The notes below the pieces were generated by a model. It was not told where the DNA came from. It did not search any database and saw nothing but the letters and a program-made list of their open reading frames with translations. Made by a program: the position numbers and the translations under genes. Shown here piece after piece: positions 23,601 through 38,600 of a stretch of DNA of 64,000 bases. The DNA lies in the NCBI RefSeq assembly GCF_964355755.1, contig NC_092678.1:11158352-11222351 (forward strand), read 5' to 3'. This stretch comes from Antedon mediterranea. Taxonomy: Eukaryota > Animalia > Echinodermata. Each line of letters opens with the position of its first letter. The stretch's first letter is position 1.

Positions 23601-26600
23601 AATGATTAATTACTGGCCATTGTATTGAGTTGTACCATTGAATGGAACAAAATGATTAATTACTGGCCATTGTATTGAGTTGTACCATTGAATGGAACAA
23701 AATGATTAATTACTGGCCATTGTATTGAGTTGTACCATTGAATGGAACAAAATGATTAATTACTGGCCATTGTATTGAGTTGTACCATTGAACGGAACAA
23801 AATGATAAATTACTGGCCATTGTATTGATTTGTATCATTGAATGGAACAAATGATTAATTTTTGGCCATTGTATTGAGTTGTACCATTCAATGGAACAAA
23901 ATGATTACTTACTGGCCATTTTATTGAGTTGTACCATTGAAGGAAACAAATGATTAATTACTGGCCATTGTATTGAGTTGTACCATTGAATGGAACAAAA
24001 TGATTAATTACTGGCCATTGTATTGAGTTGTACCATTGAATGGAACGAAATGATTAATTAGTGGCCATTGTATTGAGTTGTACCATTGAATGGAACAAAA
24101 TGATTAATTACTAACCATTGTATTGAGTTGTACCATTGAATGGAACAAAATGATTAATTACTAACCATTGTATTAAGTTGTACCATTGAATGGAACAAAA
24201 TGATTACTTACTGGCCATTTTATTGAGTTGTACCATTGAAGGGAACAAATGATTAATTACTGGCCATTGTATTGAGTTGTACCATTGAATGGAACAAAAT
24301 GATTAATTACTGGCCATTGTATTGAGTTGTACCCTTGAATGGAACAAAATGATTAATTACTGGCCATTGAATTGAGTTGTACCATTGAATGGAACAAAAT
24401 GATTAATTACTGGCCATTGTATTAAGTTGTACCATTGAATGGAACAAAATGATTAATTATTGGCCATTGTATTGACTTGTACCATTGAATGGAACAAAAT
24501 GATTAATTACTGGCCATTGTATTGACTTGTACCATTGAATGGAACAAAATGATTAATTACTGGCCATTGTAATGAGTTGTACCATTGAATGGAATAAAAT
24601 GATTAATTACTGGCCATTGTAATGAGTTGTACCATTGAATGGAACAAAATGATTAATTACTGGCCATTGTATTGAGTTGTACCATTGAATGGAACAAAAT
24701 GATTAATTACTGGCCATTGTATTGAGTTGTACCATTGAATGGAACAAAATGATTAATTACTGGCCATTGTATTGAGTTGTACCATTGAATGGAACAAAAT
24801 GATTAATTACTGGCCATTGTATTGAGTTGTACCATTGAATGGAACAAAATGATTAATTACTGGCCATTGTATTGAGTTGTACCATTGAATGGAACAAAAT
24901 GATTAATTACTGGCCATTGTATTGAGTTGTACCATTGAATGGAGCAAAATGCTTAATTACTGGCCATTGTATTGAGTTGTGCCATTGAATGGAACAAAAT
25001 GCTTAATTACTGGCCATTGTATTGAGTTGTACCATTGAATGGAACAAAATGATTAATTACTAACCATTGTATTGAGTTGTACCATTGAATGGAACAAAAT
25101 GATAACTTACTGGCCATTTTATTGAGTTGTACCATTGAAGGGAACAAATGATTAATTACTGGCCATTGTATTGAGTTGTACCATTGAATGGAACAAAATG
25201 ATTACTTACTGGCCATTTTATTGAGTTGTACCATTGAAGGGAACAAATGATTAATTACTGGCCATTGTATTGAGTTGTACCATTGAATGGAACAAAATGA
25301 TTAATTACTGGCCATTGTATTGAGTTGTACCATTGAATGGAACGAAATGATTAATTACTGGCCATTGTATTGAGTTGTACCATTGAATGGAACAAAATGA
25401 TTAATTACTAACCATTGTATTGAGTTGTACCATTGAATGGAACAAAATGATTAATTACTAACCATTGTATTGAGTTGTACCATTGAATGGAACAAAATGA
25501 TTAATTACTAACCATTGTATTAAGTTGTACCATTGAATGGAACAAAATGATTACTTACTGGCCATTTTATTGAGTTGTACCATTGAAGGGAACAAATGAT
25601 TAATTACTGGCCATTGTATTGAGTTGTACCATTGAATGGAACAAAATGATTAATTACTGGCCATTGTATTGAGTTGTACCCTTGAATGGAACAAAATGAT
25701 TAATTACTGGCCATTGAATTGAGTTGTACCATTGAATGGAACAAAATGATTAATTACTGGCCATTGTATTAAGTTGTACCATTGAATGGAACAAAATGAT
25801 TAATTATTGGCCATTGTATTGAGTTGTACAATTGAATGGAAAAAAATGATTAATTACTGGCCATTGTATTGACCCTTACCATTGAATGGAACAAAATGAT
25901 TAATTACTGGCCATTGTATTGAGTTGTACCATTGAATTGAATAAAATGATTAATTACTGGCCATTGTATTGAGTTGTACCATTGAATGGAACAAAATGCT
26001 TAATTACTGGCCATTGTATTGAGTTGTACCATTGAATGGAACAAAATGATTAATTACTAACCATTGTATTGAGTTGTACCATTGAATGGAACAAAATGAT
26101 TACTTACTGGCCATTTTATTGAGTTGTACCATTGAAGGGAACAAATGATTAATTACTGGCCATTGTATTGAGTTGTACCATTGAATGGAACAAAATGATT
26201 AATTACTGGCCATTGTATTGAGTTTTACCATTGAATGGAACAAAATGATTAATTACTGGCCATTGTATTGAGTTGTACCATTCAATGGAACGAAATGATT
26301 AATTACTGGACATTGTATTGAGTTGTACCATTGAATGGAACAAAATGATTAATTACTGGCCATTGTATTGAGTTTTACCATTGAATGGAACAAAATGATT
26401 AATTACTGGCCATTGTATTGAGTTGTACCATTGAATGGAACAAAATGCTTAATTACTGGCCATTGTATTGAGTTGTACCATTGAATGGAACAAAATGATT
26501 AATTACTAACCATTGTATTGAGTTGTACCATTGAATGGAACAAAATGATTACTTACTGGCCATTGTATTGAGTTTTACCATTGAATGGAACAAAATGATT

Positions 26601-29600
26601 AATTACTGGCCATTGTATTGAGTTGTACCATTGAATGGAACAAAATGATTAATTACTGGCCATTGTATTGAGTTGTACCATTGAATGGAACGAAATGATT
26701 AATTACTGGCAATTGTATTGAGTTGTACCATTGAATGGAACAAAATGATTAATTATTGGCCATTGTATTGAGTTGTACAATTGAATGGAACAAAATGATT
26801 AATTACTAACCATTGTATTGAGTTGTACCATTGAATGGAACAAAATGATTAATTACTGACCATTGAATGGAACAAAATGATTAATTACTGGCCATTGTAT
26901 TGAGTTGTACCATTGAATGGAACAAAATGATTAATTACTGGCCATTGTATTGAGTTGTACCATTGAATGGAACAAAATGATTAATTACTGGCCATTGTAT
27001 TGAGTTGTACCATTGAATGGAACAAACTGATTAATTACTGGCCATTGTATTGAGTTGTACCATTGAATGGAACAAAATGATTAATTACAGGCCATTGTAT
27101 TGAGTTTTACCATTGAATGGAACAAAATGATTAATTACTGGCCATTGTATTGAGTTGTACTATTGAATGGAACAAAATGATTAATTACTAACCATTGTAT
27201 TGAGTTGTACTATTGAATGGAACAAAATGATTAATTACTAACCATTGTATTAAGTTGTACCATTGAATGGAACAAAATGATTAATTACTGACCATTGAAT
27301 AGAACAAAATGATTAATTACTGGCCATTGTAATGAGTTGTACCATTGAATTGAACAAAATGATTATTTACTGGCCATTGTATTGAGTTGTGCCATTGAAT
27401 TGAACAAAATGACTAATTACTGGCCATTGTATTGAGTTGTACCATTGAATGGAACAAAATGATTAATTACTGGCCATTGTATTGAGTTGTACCATTGAAT
27501 GGAACGAAATGATTAATTACTGGCCATTGTATTGAGTTGTACCATTGAATGGAACAAAATGATTAATTACTAACCATTGTATTGAGTTGTACCATTGAAT
27601 GGAACAAAATGATTACTTACTGGCCATTTTATTGAGTTGTACCATTGAAGGGAACAAATGATTAATTACTGGCCATTGTATTGAGTTGTACCATTGAATG
27701 GAACAAAATGATTAATTACTGGCCATTGTATTGAGTTTTACCATTGAATGGAACAAAATGATTAATTACTGGCCATTGTATTGAGTTGTACCATTGAATT
27801 GAACAAAATGATTAATTACTGGCCATTGTATTGAGTTGTGCCATTGAATTTAACAAAATGATTAATTACTGGCCATTGTATTGAGTTGTACCATTGAATG
27901 GAACAAAATGATTAATTACTGGCCATTGTATTGACTTGTACCATTGAATGGAACAAAATGATTAATTACTGGCCATTGTATTGAGTTGTACCATTGAATG
28001 GAACAAAATGATTAATTACTGGCCATTGTATTGAGTTGTACCATTGAATGGAACGAAATGATTAATTACTGGCCATTGTATTGAGTTGTACCATTGAATG
28101 GAACAAAATGATTAATTACTGGCCATTGAATTGAGTTGTACCATTGAATGGAACAAAATGATTAATTACTGGCCATTGTATTAAGTTGTACCATTGAATG
28201 GAAAAAATGATTAATTACTGGCCATTGTATTGAGTTGTACCATTGAATGGAACAAAATGATTAATTATTGGCCATTGTATTGAGTTGTACCATTGAATGG
28301 AAAAAAATGATTAATTACTGGCCATTGTATTGAGTTGTACCATTGAATTGAACAAAATGATTAATTACTGTCCATTGTATTGAGTTGTACCATTGAATGG
28401 AACAAAATGATTAATTACTGGCCATTGTATTGAGTTGTACCATTGAATGGAACAAAATGATTAATTACTGGCCATTGTATTGAGTTGTACCATTGAATGG
28501 AACAAAATGATTAATTACTGGCCATTGTATTGAGTTGTACCATTGAATGGAGCAAAATGCTTAATTACTGGCCATTGTATTGAGTTGTACCATTGAATGG
28601 AACAAAATGCTTAATTACTGGCCATTGTATTGAGTTGTACCAATGAATGGAACAAAATGATTAATTACTGGCCATTGTATTGATTTGTATCATTGAATGG
28701 AACAAATGATTAATTACTGGCCATTGTATTGAGTTGTACCATTGAATGGAACAAACTGATTAATTACTGGCCATTGTATTGAGTTGTACCATTGAATGGA
28801 ACAAAATGATTAATTACTGGCCATTGTATTGAGTTTTACCATTGAATGGAACAAAATGATTAATTACTGGCCATTATATTGAGTTGTACCAATGAATGGA
28901 ACGAAATGATTAATTACTGGCCATTGTATTGAGTTGTACCATTGAATGGAACAAAATGATTAATTATTGGCCATTGTATTGAGTTGTACTATTGAATGGA
29001 ACAAAATGATTAATTACTAACCATTTCATTGAGTTGTACTATTGAATGGAACAAAATGATTAATTACTAACCATTGTATTGAGTTGTACCATTGAATGGA
29101 ACAAAATGATTAATTACTGACCATTGAATGGAACAAAATGATTAATTACTGGCCATTGTATTGAGTTGTACCATTGAATTGAACAAAATGATTAATTGCT
29201 GGCCATTGAATTGAGTTGTACCATTGAATGGAACAAAATGATTAATTACTGGCCATTGTATTGAGAGTTGTACCCTTGAATGGAACAAAATGATTAATTA
29301 TTGGCCATTGTATTGAGTTGTACCATTCAATGGAACAAAATAATTACTTACTGGCCATTTTATTGAGTTGTACCATTGAAGAGAACAAATGATTAATTAC
29401 TGGCCATTGTATTGAGTTGTACCATTGAATGGAACAAAATGATTAATTACTGGCCATTGTATTGAGTTGTACCATTGAATGGAACAAAATGATTAATTAC
29501 TGGCCATTGTATTGAGTTGTACCATTGAATGGAACAAAATGATTAATTATTGGCCATTGTATTGAGTTGTACTATTGAATGGAACAAAATGATTAATTAC

Positions 29601-32600
29601 TAACCATTGCATTGAGTTGTACTATTGAATGGAACAAAATGATTAATTACTGGCCATTTTATTGAGTTGTACCATTGAAGGGAACAAATGATTAATTACT
29701 GGCCATTGTATTGAGTTGTACCATTGAATGGAACAAAATGATTAATTACTGGCCATTGTATTGAGTTGTACCATTGAATGGAACAAAATGATTAATTACT
29801 GGCCATTGTATTCAGTTGTACCATTGAATGGAACAAAATGATTAATTACTGGCCATTGTATTGAGTTGTACCATTGAACGGAACAAAATGATAAATTACT
29901 GGCCATTGTATTGATTTGTATCATTGAATGGAACAAATGATTAATTTTTGGCCATTGTATTGAGTTGTACCATTCAATGGAACAAAATGATTACTTACTG
30001 GCCATTTTATTGAGTTGTACCATTGAAGGGAACAAATGATTAATTACTGGCCATTGTATTGAGTTGTACCATTGAATGGAACAAAATGATTAATTACTGG
30101 CCATTGTATTGAGTTGTACCATTGAATGGAACGAAATGATTAATTACTGGCCATTGTATTGAGTTGTACCATTGAATGGAACAAAATGATTAATTACTAA
30201 CCATTGTATTGAGTTGTACCATTGAATGGAACAAAATTATTAATTACTAACCATTGTATTAAGTTGTACCATTGAATGGAAGAAAATGATTACTTACTGG
30301 CCATTTTATTGAGTTGTACCATTGAAGGGAACAAATGATTAATTACTGGCCATTGTATTGAGTTGTACCATTGAATGGAACAAAATGATTAATTACTGGC
30401 CATTGTATTGAGTTGTACCATTGAATGGAACGAAATGATTAATTACTGGCCATTGTATTGAGTTGTACCATTGAATGGAACAAAATGATTACTTACTGGC
30501 CATTGTATTGAGTTGTACCATTGAATGGAACAAAATGATTAATTACTGGCCATTGTATTGAGTTGTACCATTGAATGGAACAAAATGATTAATTACTGGC
30601 CATTGTATTGAGTTGTACCATTGAATGGAACGAAATGATTAATTACTGGCCATTGTATTGAGTTGTACCATTGAATGGAACAAAATGATTAATTATTGGC
30701 CATTGTATTGAGTTGTACTATTGAATGGAACAAAATGAATAATTACTAACCATTGCATTGAGTTGTACTATTGAATGGAACAAAATGATTAATTACTAAC
30801 CATTGTATTGAGTTGTACCATTGAATGGAACAAAATGATTAATTACTGACCATTGAATGGAACAAAATGATTAATTACTGGCCATTGTATTGAGTTGTAC
30901 CATTGAATTGAACAAAATGATTAATTACTGGCCATTGTATTGAATTGTGCCATTGAATTGAACAAAATGATTAATTACTGGCCATTGTATTGAGTTGTAC
31001 CATTGAATGGAACAAAATGATTAATTACTGGCCATTGTATTGACTTGTACCATTGAATGGAACAAAATGATTAATTACTGGCCATTGTATTGAGTTGTAC
31101 CATTGAATGGAACGAAATGATTAATTACTGGCCATTGTATTGAGTTGTACCATTGAATGGAACAAAATGATTAATTACTAACCATTTTATTGAGTTGTAC
31201 CATTGAATGGAACAAAATGATTAATTACTGGCCATTGAATTGAGTTGTACCATTGAATGGAACAAAATGATTAATTACTGGCCATTGTATTGAGTTGTAC
31301 CCTTGAAAGGAACAAAATGATTAATTACTGGCCATTGAATTGAGTTGTACCATTGAATGGAACAAAATGATTAATTACTGGCCATTGTATTAAGTTGTAC
31401 CATTGAATGGAACAAAATGATTAATTATTGGCCATTGTATTGAGTTGTACCATTGAATGGAAAAAAATGATTAATTACTGGCCATTGTATTGAGTTGTAC
31501 CATTGAATTGAACAAAATGATTAATTACTGGCCATTGTATTGAGTTGTACCATTGAATGGAACAAAATGATTAATTACTGGCCATTGTATTGAGTTGTAC
31601 CATTGAATGGAACAAAATGATTAATTACTGGCCATTGTATTGAGTTGTACCATTGAATGGAACAAAATGATTAATTACTGGCCATTGTATTGAGTTGTAC
31701 CATTGAATGGAGCAAAATGCTTAATTACTTGCCATTGTATTGAGTTGTACCATTGAATGGAACAAAATGCTTACTTACTGGCCATTGTATTGAGTTGTAC
31801 CATTGAATGGAACAAAATGATTAATTACTGGCCATTGTATTGATTTTTATCATTGAATGGAACAAATGATTAATTACTGGCCATTGTATTGAGTTGTACC
31901 ATTGAATGGAACAAACTGATTAATCACTGGCCATTGTATTGAGTTGTACCATTGAATGGAACAAATTGATTAATTACTGGCCATTGTATTGAGTTTTACC
32001 ATTGAATGGAACAAAATGATTAATTACTGGCCATTGTATTGAGTTGTACCATTGAATTGAACAAAATGATTAATTACTGGCCATTGTTTTGAGTTGTACC
32101 ATTGAATGGAACGAAATGATTAATTACTGGCAATTGTATTGAGTTGTACCATTGAATGGAACAAAATGATTAATTATTGGCCATTGTATTGAGTTGTACT
32201 ATTGAATGGAACAAAATGATTAATTACTAACCATTGTATTGAGTTGTACCATTGAATGGAACAAAATGATTAATTACTGACCATTGAATGGAACAAAATG
32301 ATTAATTACTGGCCATTGTATTGAGTTGTACCATTGAATTGAACAAAATGATTAATTACTGGCCATTGTATTGAGTTGTGCCATTGAATTTAACAAAATG
32401 ATTAATTACTGGCCATTGTATTGAGTTGTACCATTGAATGGAAAAAATGATTAATTACTGGCCATTGTATTGACTTGTACCATTGAATGGAACAAAATGA
32501 TTAATTACTGGCCATTGTATTGAGTTGTACCATTGAATGGAACAAAATGATTAATTACTGGCCATTGTATTGAGTTGTACCATTGAATGGAACGAAATGA

Positions 32601-35600
32601 TTAATTACTGGCCATTGTATTGAGTTGTACCATTGAATGGAACAAAATGATTAATTACTAACCATTGTATTGAGTTGTACCATTGAATGGAACAAACTGA
32701 TTAATTACTGGCCATTGTATTGAGTTGTACCATTGAATGGAACGAAATGATTAATTACTGGCCATTGTATTGAGTTGTACCATTGAATGGAACAAAATGA
32801 TTAATTACTAACCATTGTATTGAGTTGTACCATTGAATGGAACAAAATCATTAATTACTGGCCATTGAATTGAGTTGTACCATTGAATGGAACTAAATGA
32901 TTAATTACTGGCCATTGTATTGAGTTGTACCCTTGAATGGAACAAAATGATTAATTACTGGCCATTTAATTGAGTTGTACCATTGAATGGAACAAAATGA
33001 TTAATTACTGGCCATTGTATTGAGTTGTACCCTTGAATGGAACAAAATGATTAATTTTTGGCCATTGTATTGAGTTGTACCATTCAATGGAACAAAATGA
33101 TTACTTACTGGCCATTTTATTGAGTTGTACCATTGAAGGGAACAAATGATTAATTACTGGCCATTGTATTGAGTTGTACCATTGAATGGAACAAAATGAT
33201 TAATTACTGGCCATTGTATTGAGTTGTACCCTTGAATGGAACAAAATGATTAATTTTTGGCCATTGTATTGAGTTGTACCATTCAATGGAACAAAATGAT
33301 TACTTACTGGCCATTTTATTGAGTTGTACCATTGAAGGGAACAAATGATTAATTACTGGCCATTGTATTGAGTTGTACCATTGAATGGAACAAAATGATT
33401 AATTACTGGCCATTGTATTGAGTTGTACCATTGAATGGAACGAAATGATTAATTACTGGTCATTGTATTGAGTTGTACCATTGAATGGAACAAAATGATT
33501 AATTACTAACCATTGTATTGAGTTGTACCATTGAATGGAACAAAATGATTAATTACTAACCATTGTATTAAGTTGTACCATTGAATGGAACAAAATGATT
33601 ACTTACTGGCCATTTTATTGAGTTGTACCATTGAAGGGAACAAATGATTAATTACTGGCCATTGTATTGAGTTGTACCATTGAATGGAACAAAATGATTA
33701 ATTACTGGCCATTGTATTGAGTTGTACCATTGAATGGAACAAAATGATTAATTACTGGCCATTGTATTGAGTTGTACCATTGAATGGAACAAAATGATTA
33801 ATTACTGGCCATTGTATTGACTTGTACCATTGAATGGAACAAAATGATTAATTACTGGCCATTGTATTGAGTTGTACCATTGAATGGAACGAAATGATTA
33901 ATTACTGGCCATTGTATTGAGTTGTACCATTGAATGAAACAAAATGATTAATTACTGGCCATTGTATTGAGTTGTCTCATTGAATGGAACAAAATCATTA
34001 ATTACTGGCCATTGAATTGAGTTGTACCATTGAATGGAACAAAATGATTAATTACTGGCCATTGTATTGAGTTGTACCCTTGAATGGAACAAAATGATTA
34101 ATTACTGGCCATTGAATTGAGTTGTACCATTGAATGGAACAAAATGATTAATTACTGGCCATTGTATTAAGTTGTACCATTGAATGGAACAAAATGATTA
34201 ATTATTGGCCATTGTATTGAGTTGTACCATTCAATGGAACAAAATGATTACTTACTGGCCATTTTATTGAGTTGTACCATTGAAGGGAACAAATGATTAA
34301 TTACTGGCCATTGTATTGAGTTGTACCATTGAATGGAACAAAATGATTAATTACTGGCCATTGTATTGAGTTGTACCATTGAATGGAACGAAATGATTAA
34401 TTACTGGCCATTGTATTGAGTTGTACCATTGAATGGAACAAAATGATTAATTACTAACCATTGTATTGAGTTGTACCATTGAATGGAACAAAATGATTAA
34501 TTACTAACCATTGTATTAAGTTGTACCATTGAATGGAACAAAATGATTACTTACTGGCCATTTTATTGAGTTGTACCATTGAAGGGAACAAATGATTAAT
34601 TACTGGCCATTGTATTGAGTTGTACCATTGAATGGAACAAAATGATTAATTACTGGCCATTGTATTGAGTTGTACCATTGAATGGAACAAAATGATTAAT
34701 TACTGGCCATTGTATTGAGTTGTACCATTGAATGGAACAAAATGATTAATTACTGGCCATTGTATTGACTTGTACCATTGAATGGAACAAAATGATTAAT
34801 TACTGGCCATTGTATTGAGTTGTACCATTGAATGGAACGAAATGGTTAATTACTGGCCATTGTATTGAGTTGTACCATTGAATGGAACAAAATGATTAAT
34901 TACTGGCCATTGTTTTGAGTTGTACCATTGAATGGAACGAAATGATTAATTATTGGCCATTGTATTGAGTTGTACCCTTGAATGGAACAAAATGATTAAT
35001 TATTGGCCATTGTATTGAGTTGTACCATTCAATGGAACAAAATAATTACTTACTGGCCATTTTATTGAGTTGTACCATTGAAGGGAACAAATGATTAATT
35101 ACTGGCCATTGTATTGAGTTGTACCATTGAATGGAACAAAATGATTAATTACTGGCCATTGAATTGAGTTGTACCATTGAATGGAACAAAATGATTAATT
35201 ACTGGCCATTGTATTAAGTTGTACCATTGAATGGAACAAAATGATTAATTATTGGCCATTGTATTGAGTTGTACCATTGAATGGAAAAAAATGATTAATT
35301 ACTGGCCATTGTATTGAGTTGTACCATTGAATTGAACAAAATGATTAATTACTGGCCATTGTATTGAGTTGTACCATTGAATGGAACAAAATGATTAATT
35401 ACTGGCCATTGTATTGAGTTGTACCATTGAATGGAACAAAATGATTAATTACTGGCCATTGTATTGAGTTGTACCATTGAATGGAACAAAATGATTAATT
35501 ACTGGCCATTGTATTGAGTTGTACCATTGAATGGAACAAAATGCTTAATTACTTGCCATTGTATTGAGTTGTACCATTGAATGGAACAAAATGCTTACTT

Positions 35601-38600
35601 ACTGGCCATTGTATTGAGTTGTACCATTGAATGGAACAAAATGATTAATTACTGGCCATTGTATTGATTTGTATCATTGAATGGAACAAATGATTAATTA
35701 CTGGCCATTGTATTGAGTTGTACCATTGAATGGAACAAACTGATTAATCACTGGCCATTGTATTGAGTTGTACCATTGAATGGAACAAATTGATTAATTA
35801 CTGGCCATTGTATTGAGTTTTACCATTGAATGGAACAAAATGATTAATTACTGGCCATTGTATTGAGTTGTACCATTGAATTGAACAAAATGATTAATTA
35901 CTGGCCATTGTTTTGAGTTGTACCATTGAATGGAACGAAATGATTAATTACTGGCAATTGTATTGAGTTGTACCATTGAATGGAACAAAATGATTAATTA
36001 TTGGCCATTGTATTGAGTTGTACTATTGAATGGAACAAAATGATTAATTACTAACCATTGTATTGAGTTGTACCATTGAATGGAACAAAATGATTAATTA
36101 CTGACCATTGAATGGAACAAAATGATTAATTACTGGCCATTGTATTGACTTGTACCATTGAATGGAACAAAATTATTAATTACTGGCCATTGTATTGAGT
36201 TGTACCATTGAATGGAACGAAATGGTTAATTACTGGCCATTGTATTGAGCTGTACCATTGAATGGAACAAAATGATTAATTACTGGCCATTGTTTTGAGT
36301 TGTACCATTGAATGGAACGAAATGATTAATTACTGGCAATTGTATTGAGTTGTACCATTGAATGGAACAAAATGATTAATTATTGGCCATTGTATTGAGT
36401 TGTACTATTGAATGGAACAAAATGATTAATTACTAACCATTGTATTGAGTTGTACCATTGAATGGAACAAAATGATTAATTACTGACCATTGAATGGAAC
36501 AAAATGATTAATTACTGGCCATTGTATTGAGTTGTACCATTGAATGGAACAAAATGATTACTTACTGGCCATTTTATTGAGTTGTACCATTGAAGGGAAC
36601 AAATGATTAATTACTGACCATTGAATGGAACAAAATGATTAATTACTGGCATTGTATTGAGTTGTACCATTGAATTGAACAAAATGATTAATTAATTACT
36701 GGCCATTGTATTGAATTGTGCTATTGAATTGAACAAAATGATTAATTACTGGCCATTGTATTGAGTTGTACCATTGAATGGAACAAAATGATTAATTACT
36801 GGCCATTGTATTGACTTGTACCATTGAATGGAACAAAATGATTAATTACTGGCCATTGTATTGAGTTGTACCATTGAATGGAACGAAATGATTAATTACT
36901 GGCCATTGTATTGAGTTGTACCATTGAATGGAACAAAATGATTAATTACTAACCATTGTATTGAGTTGTACCATTGAATGGAACAAAATGATTAATTACT
37001 GGCCATTGAATTGAGTTGTACCATTGAATGGAACAAAATGATTAATTACTGGCCATTGTATTGAGTTGTATCCTTGAATGGAACAAAATGATTAATTATT
37101 GGCCATTGTATTGAGTTGTACAATTGAATGGAAAAAAATGATTAATTACTGGCCATTGTATTGACTTGTACCATTGAATGGAACAAAATGATTAATTACT
37201 GGCCATTGTATTGAGTTGTACCATTGAATTGAATAAAATGATTAATTACTGGCCATTGTATTGAGTTGTACCATTGAATGGAACAAAATGATTAATTACT
37301 GGCCATTGTATTGAGTTGTACCATTGAATGGAACAAAATGATTAATTACTGGCCATTGTATTGAGTTGTACCATTGAATGGAACAAAATGATTAATTACT
37401 GGCCATTGTATTGAGTTGTACCATTGAATGGAACAAAATGATTAATTACTGGCCATTGTATTGAGTTGTACCATTGAATGGAACAAAATGATTAATTACT
37501 GGCCATTGTATTGAGTTGTACCATTGAATGGAACGAAATGATTAATTACTGGCCATTGTATTGAGTTGTACCATTGAATGGAACAAAATGATTAATTACT
37601 AACCATTGTATTGAGTTGTACCATTGAATGGAACAAAATGATTAATTACTAACCATTGTATTAAGTTGTACCATTGAATGGAACAAAATGATTACTTACT
37701 GGCCATTTTATTGAGTTGTACCATTGAAGGGAACAAATGATTAATTACTGGCCATTGTATTGAGTTGTACCATTGAATGGAACAAAATGATTAATTACTG
37801 GCCATTGTATTGAGTTGTACCAATGAATGGAACAAAATGATTAATTACTGGCCATTGTATTGAGTTGTACCATTGAATGGAACAAAATGATTAATTACTG
37901 GCCATTGTATTGACTTGTACCATTGAATGGAACAAAATTATTAATTACTGGCCATTGTATTGAGTTGTACCATTGAATGGAACGAAATGGTTAATTACTG
38001 GCCATTGTATTGAGCTGTACCATTGAATGGAACAAAATGATTAATTACTGGCCATTGTTTTGAGTTGTACCATTGAATGGAACGAAATGATTAATTACTG
38101 GCAATTGTATTGAGTTGTACCATTGAATGGAACAAAATGATTAATTATTGGCCATTGTATTGAGTTGTACTATTGAATGGAACAAAATGATTAATTACTA
38201 ACCATTGTATTGAGTTGTACCATTGAATGGAACAAAATGATTAATTACTGACCATTGAATGGAACAAAATGATTAATTACTGGCCATTGTATTGAGTTGT
38301 ACCATTGAATGGAACAAAATGATTACTTACTGGCCATTTTATTGAGTTGTACCATTGAAGGGAACAAATGATTAATTACTGACCATTGAATGGAACAAAA
38401 TGATTAATTACTGGCATTGTATTGAGTTGTACCATTGATTTGAACAAAATGATTAATTAATTACTGGCCATTGTATTGAATTGTGCTATTGAATTGAACA
38501 AAATGATTAATTACTGGCCATTGTATTGAGTTGTACCATTGAATGGAACAAAATGATTAATTACTGGCCATTGTATTGACTTGTACCATTGAATGGAACA